Positions 1 to 13,821 of a stretch of DNA of 64,000 bases are shown here, in pieces (position 1 is the first letter of the stretch; each line of letters opens with the position of its first letter). Source of the stretch: the human T2T-CHM13v2.0 reference genome, Homo sapiens. The stretch lies in the NCBI RefSeq assembly GCF_009914755.1, contig NC_060948.1; one strand, written 5' to 3'. Made by a program: the position numbers and the translations under genes. Under the pieces are notes generated by a model, which saw only the letters and a list, made by a program, of their open reading frames with translations, was not told the DNA's origin and did not search any database.

Positions 1-1435
1 TAATATATAAGTTTTATAATTCTACAATATGACATATAGTATATATTATAATTTATGACATATATAATATATGTTATATGTCATATATAGAATATATTAT
101 ACGGTTAATATACGTATTAAATATAAATTGTACATTATATATATTATATATAATATATCTGTTATATATAATACCCATTATGCATAATATATATATTATG
201 TCTATGTTATATATAGTATAAAACAACATATAATAATATATAATTGTATATATAAAATGCGACATATAATATATATTATATTTTATAACATATGTAATAT
301 ATATTATATATTATATATAATATGTTGTATGTATAATACCTATATGAAATATATATTATATGACTATGTTATTAATTACATGTCACATGTGTTATATATT
401 ATATATTTTACATAGAATATACCGGTTACATACAATATATACTATGTTACCTATAATGTATAATTTATTACATGTAAAATAAAGAATGCAATATATTATG
501 TATAATTTATAATATACAATATGTGGAATGTGATATATATAACATATAATATATGATATATGATATACAGTATATGATATATAACATACAATATATGATT
601 CCTAATATATATGGTATACAATATATATTTTATATTATGTATTCTATATGATTTATATTCTGTTATATATAACTATTTGAAATTATATATAACTGTATAA
701 TATTTTATGTAAATATGTAATATAATATATATAACTATATAATATATTATATATAACTATATATTATGTAATATATACTTTTATAACATAATTTACATAA
801 AATATCATAATATAATATATATTATATTATTTCATATTACATAATATATATTACATATCACCCAATATAACAAACATACATAATATTATAATATAGATTA
901 TATTGTGTTATATTAAATATCATATATATCATGTATCATATATTCTATAATATATATTACACATTATATAATATGTATGTTGTCTATTATGTGATATATA
1001 TAACTCTATATATAATTATATTTTTATACATATATCTAGATAAACATGTAATTCTACATATTTTCATTTATAATATGTAGAATTATATAATCATATATAA
1101 TTATTTATATTCTATAAAAAATTTTATCATTATATAAATTATAATATATAAAAATTATAATATGTACTACAAATATATATATTATATATCATATATGATA
1201 TAGTACCTTTGTTATATATCATAATACATATAAATGTGTATTATGTTATCTATAATTATATAATTTCATATATAAGATGTATAATATGTATCACATATTA
1301 TATATGTTATGTAATATATATAGTATATATAAGATGACACAGGATAAATATTATATACTATGACATATAAAATATATGAGGTTATATGTTACATATAAGG
1401 CATAGCACATAACATGTAATATATACCATATATAA

Positions 1436-1727
1436 TTTTTTTTTAGACAGAATCTTGTCCTGTTGCACAGGGTGGGGTACAATGGCGCCATCTTTGCTCA
1501 CTGCAACTTCTGCCTCACGGGTCCAAGCGATTGTCCTCCCTCAGCCTCCCAGGTAGCTGGGACTACACCACACTGGGACTACACCAGCTGCCACCATGCC
1601 TAGCTAATTTTTTGGATTTTTAGTAGTGACAGCCTTTCACTGTATTGGCCAGGATGGTCTTGATCTCTTCACCTTGTGATCCCCTTGCCTTGGCCTCCAA
1701 ATTTGCTGGGATTACAGGCCTGAGCCA
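1436..1727 (-). mobile_element. Diverged Alu (AluSc/AluY-like), U1
   Basis: T9 tail, then AGACAGAATCT...GCTCACTGCAAC...CTCAGCCTCCCAGGTAGCTGGGACTACA...GCTAATTTTTTGGATTTTTAGTAG...GCTGGGATTACAGGCCTGAGCCA, which is antisense Alu with both arms. It lacks about 12 nt of the 5' end. Confidence 0.95.
1557..1586. repeat. 16-bp-period direct duplication inside the Alu (CTGGGACTACACCA-CA-CTGGGACTACACCA), present in all units
   Basis: Read directly at 1557-1570 and 1573-1586. The Alu consensus has only one CTGGGACTACA at this position. Confidence 0.92.
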
Positions 1728-2300
1728 AGATCCATATTTTTTAAATGAAAAAAAATTTCAAAGGTACTCTGCTTGGTACAATAATCAAATGTATAAACTG
1801 AGGAATAAAACATAACCATGAAACCTGCTTATAACTGCATATGGAAAATACAGAGGATAATTTTTTAAATAACATATTTTGAAAGCCTTAACTAGTAATT
1901 TGAAGAGTTGGCATTTGAAAGGCCAGTATGAATATACCTTCAAAGCAGCAACACAGGTTCCCCATGAGAAAAAGCAAACACAGGGAAAATAAAAACACAA
2001 AGGTTCAATCTCTTCTGACCTTTGAAAGACACAGCACAGACAGTGGTCCTTAGGACGAAGAGCAGGAGACCCCTAATTCCGTCACCATGGCGATAGGGCA
2101 TAAACATTGCTGGGTGAGGGCACAATCCACATTGTGAGGTCCAACTGCTGCCAGGAAGACAGGAGTGCTTTTACATAGACCGAAAGGTCATTGAAGGCTC
2201 AGAGTTTTGTTTCAAGAACTGAATCCCAAGCCCACACGTTATTAGGCTGCGCTTCTTAAAACAAGTTATGAGATGGGAAAAAGGGCACCCACAAACATAC
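1728..2300. repeat. Complex 'HSATI' segment of the unit (representative copy; follows each of the 26 Alus)
   Basis: About 570 bp of non-low-complexity sequence between the Alu end and the AT-rich block, nearly identical in all units. The name comes from knowledge of the DYZ2 composite; the right boundary is approximate. Confidence 0.8.
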
Positions 2301-3855
2301 GTATACATTATGTATATAATAATATACAGTATCATATATATAATATATATAACCTATGTATAATATTGTTTTACATCCTGCATCTTATGTTATATATATT
2401 GTATAAAATATAATAATTGATAATATATAAGTTTTATAATTCTACAATATGACATATAGTATATATTATAATTTATGACATATATAATATATGTTATATG
2501 TCATATATAGAATATATTATAGGGTTAATATACGTATTAAATATAAATTATACATTATATATATTATATATAATATATCTGTTATATATAATACCCATTA
2601 TGCATAATATATATATTATGTCTATGTTATATATAGTATAAAACAACATATAATAATATATAATTGTATATATAAAATGCGACATATAATATATATTATA
2701 TTTTATAACATATGTAATATATATTATATATTATATATAATATGTTGTATGTATAATACCTATATTAAATATATATTATATGACTATGTTATTAATTACA
2801 TGTCACATGTGTTATATATTATATATTTTACATAGAATATACTGGTTACATACAATATATACTATGTTACCTATAATGTATAATTTATTACATGTAAAAT
2901 AAAGAATGCAATATATTATGTATAATTTATAATATACAATATGTGGAATGTGATATATATAACATATAATATATGATATATGATATACAGTATATGATAT
3001 ATAACATACAATATATGATTCCTAATATATATGGTATACAATATATATTTTATGATATGTATTCTATATGTTTTATATTCTGTTATATATAACTATTTGA
3101 AATTATATATAACTGTATAATATTTTATGTAAATATGTAATATAATATATATAACTATATAATATATTATATATAACTATATATTATGTTATATATACTT
3201 TTATAACATAATTTACATAAAATATCATAATATAATATATATTATATTATTTCATATTACATAATATATATTACATATCACCCAATATAACTAACATACA
3301 TAATATTATAATATAGATTATATTGTGTTATACTAAATATCATATATATCATGTATCATATATTCTATAATATATATTACACATTATATAATATGTATGT
3401 TGTCTATTATGTGATATATATAACTCTATATATAATTATATTTTTATACATATAACTAGATAAACATGTAATTCTACATATTTTCATTTATAATATGTAG
3501 AATTATATAATCATATATAATTATTTATATTCTATAAAAAATTTTATCATTATATAAATTATAATATATAAAAATTATAATATGTACTACAAATATATAT
3601 ATTATATATCATATATGATATAGTACCTTTGTTATATATCATAATACATATAAATGTGTATTATGTTATCTATAATTATATAATTTCATGTATAAGATGT
3701 ATAATATGTATCATATATTATATATGTTATGTAATATATATAGTATATATAAGATGACACAGGATAAATATTATATACTATGACATATAAAATATATGAG
3801 GTTATATGTTACATATAAGGCATAGCACATAACATGTAATATATACCATATATAA
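2301..3855. repeat. AT-rich degenerate (TA)n-like segment of the unit (representative copy; 27 full or partial copies in window)
   Basis: About 1.55 kb dominated by TATA/TATTATA/TATAATA motifs with sparse G/C, yet conserved base-for-base between units. All unit-length indels I located lie in this segment. Confidence 0.93.
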
Positions 3856-4147
3856 TTTTTTTTTAGACAGAATCTTGTCCTGTTGCACAGGGTGGGGTAC
3901 AATGGCGCCATCTTTGCTCACTGCAACTTCTGCCTCACGGGTCCAAGCGATTGTCCTCCCTCAGCCTCCCAGGTAGCTGGGACTACACCACACTGGGACT
4001 ACACCAGCTGCCACCATGCCTAGCTAATTTTTTGGATTTTTAGTAGTGACAGCCTTTCACTGTATTGGCCAGGATGGTCTTGATCTCTTCACCTTGTGAT
4101 CCCCTTGCCTTGGCCTCCAAATTTGCTGGGATTACAGGCCTGAGCCA
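3856..4147 (-). mobile_element. Diverged Alu, U2
   Basis: Copy of U1 Alu. Confidence 0.95.
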
Positions 4148-6271
4148 AGATCCATATTTTTTAAATGAAAAAAAATTTCAAAGGTACTCTGCTTGGTACA
4201 ATAATCAAATGTATAAACTGAGGAATAAAACATAACCATGAAACCTGCTTATAACTGCATATGGAAAATACAGAGGATAATTTTTTAAATAACATATTTT
4301 GAAAGCCTTAACTAGTAATTTGAAGAGTTGGCATTTGAAAGGCCAGTATGAATATACCTTCAAAGCAGCAACACAGGTTCCCCATGAGAAAAAGCAAACA
4401 CAGGGAAAATAAAAACACAAAGGTTCAATCTCTTCTGACCTTTGAAAGACACAGCACAGACAGTGGTCCTTAGGACGAAGAGCAGGAGACCCCTAATTCC
4501 GTCACCATGGCGATAGGGCATAAACATTGCTGGGTGAGGGCACAATCCACATTGTGAGGTCCAACTGCTGCCAGGAAGACAGGAGTGCTTTTACATAGAC
4601 CGAAAGGTCATTGAAGGCTCAGAGTTTTGTTTCAAGAACTGAATCCCAAGCCCACACGTTATTAGGCTGCGCTTCTTAAAACAAGTTATGAGATGGGAAA
4701 AAGGGCACCCACAAACATACGTATACATTATGTATATAATAATATACAGTATCATATATATAATATATATAACCTATGTATAATATTGTTTTACATCCTG
4801 CATCTTATGTTATATATATTGTATAAAATATAATAATTGATAATATATAAGTTTTATAATTCTACAATATGACATATAGTATATATTATAATTTATGACA
4901 TATATAATATATGTTATATGTCATATATAGAATATATTATAGGGTTAATATACGTATTAAATATAAATTATACATTATATATATTATATATAATATATCT
5001 GTTATATATAATACCCATTATGCATAATATATATATTATGTCTATGTTATATATAGTATAAAACAACATATAATAATATATAATTGTATATATAAAATGC
5101 GACATATAATATATATTATATTTTATAACATATGTAATATATATTATATATTATATATAATATGTTGTATGTATACCTATATTAAATATATATTATATGA
5201 CTATGTTATTAATTACATGTCACATGTGTTATATATTATATATTTTACATAGAATATACCGGTTACATACAATATATACTATGTTACCTATAATGTATAA
5301 TTTATTACATGTAAAATAAAGAATGCAATATATTATGTATAATTTATAATATACAATATGTGGAATGTGATATATATAACATATAATATATGATATATGA
5401 TATACAGTATATGATATATAACATACAATATATGATTCCTAATATATATGGTATACAATATATATTTTATGATATGTATTCTATATGATTTATATTCTGT
5501 TATATATAACTATTTGAAATTATATATAACTGTATAATATTGTATGTAAATATGTAATATAATATATATAACTATATAATATATTATATATAACTATATA
5601 TTATGTAATATATACTTTTATAACATAATTTACATAAAATATCATAATATAATATATATTATATTATTTCATATTACATAATATATATTACATATCACCC
5701 AATATAACTAACATACATAATATTATAATATAGATTATATTGTGTTATATTAAATATCATATATATCATGTATCATATATTCTATAATATATATTACACA
5801 TTATATAATATGTATGTTGTCTATTATGTGATATATATAACTCTATATATAATTATATTTTTATACATATATCTAGATAAACATGTAATTCTACATATTT
5901 TCATTTATAATATGTAGAATTATATAATCATATATAATTATTTATATTCTATAAAAATTTTATCATTATATAAATTATAATATATAAAAATTATAATATG
6001 TACTACAAATATATATATTATATATCATATATGATATAGTACCTTTGTTATATATCATAATACATATAAATGTGTATTATGTTATCTATAATTATATAAT
6101 TTCATATATAAGATGTATAATATGTATCACATATTATAAAAGTTATGTAATATATATAGTATATATAAGATGACACAGGATAAATATTATATACTATGAC
6201 ATATAAAATATATGAGGTTATATGTTACATATAAGGCATAGCACATAACATGTAATATATACCATATATAA

Positions 6272-6563
6272 TTTTTTTTTAGACAAAATCTTGTCCTGTT
6301 GCACAGGGTAGGGTACAATGGCGCCATCTTTGCTCACTGCAACTTCTGCCTCACGGGTCCAAGCGATTGTCCTCCCTCAGCCTCCCAGGTAGCTGGGACT
6401 ACACCACACTGGGACTACACCAGCTGCCACCATGCCTAGCTAATTTTTTGGATTTTTAGTAGTGACAGCCTTTCACTGTATTGGCCAGGATGGTCTTGAT
6501 CTCTTCACCTTGTGATCCCCTTGCCTTGGCCTCCAAATTTGCTGGGATTACAGGCCTGAGCCA
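6272..6563 (-). mobile_element. Diverged Alu, U3
   Basis: Copy of U1 Alu. Confidence 0.95.
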
Positions 6564-8691
6564 AGATCCATATTTTTTAAATGAAAAAAAATTTCAAAGG
6601 TACTCTGCTTGGTACAATAATCAAATGTATAAACTGAGGAATAAAACATAACCATGAAACCTGCTTATAACTGCATATGGAAAATACAGAGGATAATTTT
6701 TTAAATAACATATTTTGAAAGCCTTAACTAGTAATTTGAAGAGTTGGCATTTGAAAGGCCAGTATGAATATACCTTCAAAGCAGCAACACAGGTTCCCCA
6801 TGAGAAAAAGCAAACACAGGGAAAATAAAAACACAAAGGTTCAATCTCTTCTGACCTTTGAAAGACACAGCACAGACAGTGGTCCTTAGGACGAAGAGCA
6901 GGAGACCCCTAATTCCGTCACCATGGCGATAGGGCATAAACATTGCTGGGTGAGGGCACAATCCACATTGTGAGGTCCAACTGCTGCCAGGAAGACAGGA
7001 GTGCTTTTACATAGACCGAAAGGTCATTGAAGGCTCAGAGTTTTGTTTCAAGAACTGAATCCCAAGCCCACACGTTATTAGGCTGCGCTTCTTAAAACAA
7101 GTTATGAGATGGGAAAAAGGGCACCCACAAACATACGTATACATTATGTATATAATAATATACAGTATCATATATATAATATATATAACCTATGTATAAT
7201 ATTGTTTTACATCCTGCATCTTATGTTATATATATTGTATAAAATATAATAATTGATAATATATAAGTTTTATAATTCTACAATATGACATATAGTATAT
7301 ATTATAATTTATGACATATATAATATATGTTATATGTCATATATAGAATATATTATAGGGTTAATATACGTATTAAATATAAATTATACATTATATATAT
7401 TATATATAATATATCTGTTATATATAATACCCATTATGCATAATATATATATTATGTCTATGTTATATATAGTATAAAACAACATATAATAATATATAAT
7501 TGTATATATAAAATGCGACATATAATATATATTATATTTTATAACATATGTAATATATATTATATATTATATATAATATGTTGTATGTATAATACCTATA
7601 TTAAATATATATTATATGACTATGTTATTAATTACATGTCACATGTGTTATATATTATATATTTTACATAGAATATACCGGTTACATACAATATATACTA
7701 TGTTACCTATAATGTATAATTTATTACATGTAAAATAAAGAATGCAATATATTATGTATAATTTATAATATACAATATGTGGAATGTGATATATATAACA
7801 TATAATGTATGATATATGATATACAGTATATGATATATAACATACAATATATGATTCCTAATATATATGGTATACAATATATATTTAATGATATGTATTC
7901 TATATGTTTTATATTCTGTTATATATAACTATTTGAAATTATATATAACTGTATAATATTTTATGTAAATATGTAATATAATATATATAACTATATAATA
8001 TATTATATATAACTATATATTATGTAATATATACTTTTATAACATAATTTACATAAAATATCATAATATAATATATATTATATTATTTCATATTACATAA
8101 TATATATTACATATCACCCAATATAACTAACATACATAATATTATAATATAGATTATATTGTGTTATATTAAATATCATATATATCATGTATCATATATT
8201 CTATAATATATATTACACATTATATAATATGTATGTTGTCTATTATGTGATATATATAACTCTATATATAATTATATTTTTATACATATATCTAGATAAA
8301 CATGTAATTCTACATATTTTCATTTATAATATGTAGAATTATATAATCATATATAATTATTTATATTCTATAAAAAATTTTATCATTATATAAATTATAA
8401 TATATAAAAATTATAATATGTACTACAAATATATATATTATATATCATATATGATATAGTACCTTTGTTATATATCATAATACATATAAATGTGTATTAT
8501 GTTATCTATAATTATATAATTTCATATATAAGATGTATAATATGTATCATATATTATATATGTTATGTAATATATATAGTATATATAAGATGACACAGGA
8601 TAAATATTATATACTATGACATATAAAATATATGAGGTTATATGTTACATATAAGGCATAGCACATAACATGTAATATATACCATATATAA

Positions 8692-8983
8692 TTTTTTTTT
8701 AGACAGAATCTTGTCCTGTTGCACAGGGTGGGGTACAATGGCGCCATCTTTGCTCACTGCAACTTCTGCCTCACGGGTCCAAGCGATTGTCCTCCCTCAG
8801 CCTCCCAGGTAGCTGGGACTACACCACACTGGGACTACACCAGCTGCCACCATGCCTAGCTAATTTTTTGGATTTTTAGTAGTGACAGCCTTTCACTGTA
8901 TTGGCCAGGGTGGTCTTGATCTCTTCACCTTGTGATCCCCTTGCCTTGGCCTCCAAATTTGCTGGGATTACAGGCCTGAGCCA
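8692..8983 (-). mobile_element. Diverged Alu, U4
   Basis: Copy of U1 Alu. Confidence 0.95.
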
Positions 8984-11111
8984 AGATCCATATTTTTTAA
9001 GTGAAAAAAAATTTCAAAGGTACTCTGCTTGGTACAATAATCAAATGTATAAACTGAGGAATAAAACATAACCATGAAACCTGCTTATAACTGCATATGG
9101 AAAATACAGAGGATAATTTTTTAAATAACATATTTTGAAAGCCTTAACTAGTAATTTGAAGAGTTGGCATTTGAAAGGCCAGTATGAATATACCTTCAAA
9201 GCAGCAACACAGGTTCCCCATGAGAAAAAGCAAACACAGGGAAAATAAAAACACAAAGGTTCAATCTCTTCTGACCTTTGAAAGACACAGCACAGACAGT
9301 GGTCCTTAGGACGAAGAGCAGGAGACCCCTAATTCCGTCACCATGGCGATAGGGCATAAACATTGCTGGGTGAGGGCACAATCCACATTGTGAGGTCCAA
9401 CTGCTGCCAGGAAGACAGGAGTGCTTTTACATAGACCGAAAGGTCATTGAAGGCTCAGAGTTTTGTTTCAAGAACTGAATCCCAAGCCCACACGTTATTA
9501 GGCTGCGCTTCTTAAAACAAGTTATGAGATGGGAAAAAGGGCACCCACAAACATACGTATACATTATGTATATAATAATATACAGTATCACATATATCAT
9601 ATATATAACCTATGTATAATATTGTTTTACATCCTGCATCTTATGTTATATATATTGTATAAAATATAATAATTGATAATATATAAGTTTTATAATTCTA
9701 CAATATGACATATAGTATATATTATAATTTATGACATATATAATATATGTTATATGTCATATATAGAATATATTATAGGGTTAATATACGTATTAAATAT
9801 AAATTATACATTATATATATTATATATAATATATCTGTTATATATAATACCCATTATGCATAATATATATATTATGTCTATGTTATATATAGTATAAAAC
9901 AACATATAATAATATATAATTGTATATATAAAATGCGACATATAATATATATTATATTTTATAACATATGTAATATATATTATATATTATATATAATATG
10001 TTGTATGTATAATACCTATATTAAATATATATTATATGACTATGTTATTAATTACATGTCACATGTGTTATATATTATATATTTTACATAGAATATACCG
10101 GTTACATACAATATATACTATGTTACCTATAATGTATAATTTATTACATGTAAAATAAAGAATGCAATATATTATGTATAATTTATAATATACAATATGT
10201 GGAATGTGATATATATAACATATAATATATGATATATGATATACAGTATATGATATATAACATACAATATATGATTCCTAATATATATGGTATACAATAT
10301 ATATTTTATGATATGTATTCTATATGTTTTATATTCTGTTATATATAACTATTTGAAATTATATATAACTGTATAATATTTTATGTAAATATGTAATATA
10401 ATATATATAACTATATAATATATTATATATAACTATATATTATGTAATATATACTTTTATAACATAATTTACATAAAATATCATAATATAATATATATTA
10501 TATTATTTCATATTACATAATATATATTACATATCACCCAATATAACTAACATACATAATATTATAATATAGATTATATTGTGTTATATTAAATATCATA
10601 TATATCATGTATCATATATTCTATAATATATATTACACATTATATAATATGTATGTTGTCTATTATGTGATATATATAACTCTATATATAATTATATTTT
10701 TATACATATATCTAGATAAACATGTAATTCTACATATTTTCATTTATAATATGTAGAATTATATAATCATATATAATTATTTATATTCTATAAAAAATTT
10801 TATCATTATATAAATTATAATATATAAAAATTATAATATGTACTACAAATATATATATTATATATCATATATGATATAGTACCTTTGTTATATATCATAA
10901 TACATATAAATGTGTATTATGTTATCTATAATTATATAATTTCATATATAAGATGTATAATATGTATCATATATTATATATGTTATGTAATATATATAGT
11001 ATATATAAGATGACACAGGATAAATATTATATACTATGACATATAAAATATATGAGGTTATATGTTACATATAAGGCATAGCACATAACATGTAATATAT
11101 ACCATATATAA

Positions 11112-11403
11112 TTTTTTTTTAGACAGAATCTTGTCCTGTTGCACAGGGTGGGGTACAATGGCGCCATCTTTGCTCACTGCAACTTCTGCCTCACGGGTCC
11201 AAGCGATTGTCCTCCCTCAGCCTCCCAGGTAGCTGGGACTACACCACACTGGGACTACACCAGCTGCCACCATGCCTAGCTAATTTTTTGGATTTTTAGT
11301 AGTGACAGCCTTTCACTGTATTGGCCAGGATGGTCTTGATCTCTTCACCTTGTGATCCCCTTGCCTTGGCCTCCAAATTTGCTGGGATTACAGGCCTGAG
11401 CCA
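11112..11403 (-). mobile_element. Diverged Alu, U5
   Basis: Copy of U1 Alu. Confidence 0.95.
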
Positions 11404-13506
11404 AGATCCATATTTTTTAAATGAAATAAAATTTCAAAGGTACTCTGCTTGGTACAATAATCAAATGTATAAACTGAGGAATAAAACATAACCATGAAAC
11501 CTGCTTATAACTGCATATGGAAAATACAGAGGATAATTTTTTAAATAACATATTTTGAAAGCCTTAACTAGTAATTTGAAGAGTTGGCATTTGAAAGGCC
11601 AGTATGAATATACCTTCAAAGCAGCAACACAGGTTCCCCATGAGAAAAAGCAAACACAGGGAAAATAAAAACACAAAGGTTCAATCTCTTCTGACCTTTG
11701 AAAGACACAGCACAGACAGTGGTCCTTAGGACGAAGAGCAGGAGACCCCTAATTCCGTCACCATGGCGATAGGGCATAAACATTGCTGGGTGAGGGCACA
11801 ATCCACATTGTGAGGTCCAACTGCTGCCAGGAAGACAGGAGTGCTTTTACATAGACCGAAAGGTCATTGAAGGCTCAGAGTTTTGTTTCAAGAACTGAAT
11901 CCCAAGCCCACACGTTATTAGGCTGCGCTTCTTAAAACAAGTTATGAGATGGGAAAAAGGGCACCCACAAACATACGTATACATTATGTATATAATAATA
12001 TACAGTATCATATATATAATATATATAACCTATGTATAATATTGTTTTACATCCTGCATCTTATGTTATATATATTGTATAAAATATAATAATTGATAAT
12101 ATATAAGTTTTATAATTATACAATATGACATATAGTATATATTATAATTTATGACATATATAATATATGTTATATGTCATATATAGAATATATTATACGG
12201 TTAATATACGTATTAAATATAAATTATACATTATATATTATATATAATATATCTGTTATATATAATACCCATTATGCATAATATATATATTATGTCTATG
12301 TTATATATAGTATAAAACAACATATAATAATATATAATTGTATATATAAAATGCGACATATAATATATATTATATTTTATAACATATGTAATATATATTA
12401 TATATTATATATAATATGTTGTATGTATAATACCTATATTAAATATATATTATGTGACTATGTTATTAATTACATGTCACATGTGTTATATATTATATAT
12501 TTTACATAGAATATACCGGTTACATACAATATATACTATGTTACCTATAATGTATAATTTATTACATGTAAAATAAAGAATGCAATATATTATGTATAAT
12601 TTATAATATACAATATGTGGAATGTGATATATATAACATATAATATATGATATATGATATACAGTATATGATATATAACATACAATATATGATTCCTAAT
12701 ATATATGGTATACAATATATATTTTATGATATGTATTCTATATGTTTTATATTCTGTTATATATAACTATTTGAAATTATATATAACTGTATAATATTTT
12801 ATGTAAATATGTAATATAAGATATATAACTATATAATATATTATATATAACTATATATTATGTTATATATACTTTCATAACATAATTTACATAAAATATC
12901 ATAATATAATATATATTATATTATTTCATATTACATAATATATATTACATATCACCCAATATAACTAACATACATAATATTATAATATAGATTATATTGT
13001 GTTATATTAAATATCATATATATCATGTATCATATATTCTATAATATATATTACACATTATATAATATGTATGTTGTCTATTATGTGATATATATAACTC
13101 TATATATAATTATATTTTTATACATATAACTAGATAAACATGTAATTCTACATATTTTCATTTATAATATGTAGAATTATATAATCATATATAATTATTT
13201 ATATTCTATAAAAAATTTTATCATTATATAAATTATAATATATAAAAATTATAATATGTACTACAAATATATATATTATATATCATATATGATATAGTAC
13301 CTTTGTTATATATCATAATACATATAAATGTGTATTATGTTATCTATAATTATATAATTTCATATATAAGATGTATAATATGTATCATATATTATATATG
13401 TTATGTAATATATATAGTATATATAAGATGACACAGGATAAATATTATATACTATGACATATAAAATATATGAGGTTATATGTTACATATAAGGCATAGC
13501 ACATAA

Positions 13507-13821
<315 letters not shown>

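Noticed and set aside
74-265. Ile/Tyr-rich ORFs (also 21763, 21894, 36658, 46326)
   Set aside because: They are translations of (TA)n-like low-complexity DNA that appear sporadically when a stop codon mutates.
1-1435. TATA boxes, polyadenylation signals, or organellar/AT-rich control-region identity
   Set aside because: Such motifs are expected by composition in very AT-rich DNA, and there is no associated gene context.
1785-2125. Recurrent 71-aa and 61-aa minus-strand ORFs in nearly every unit
   Set aside because: They are short, overlap each other and show no recognisable domain. They recur only because the DNA is tandemly repeated, and the 71-aa frame is lost in many units through nonsense or frameshift-like single changes.
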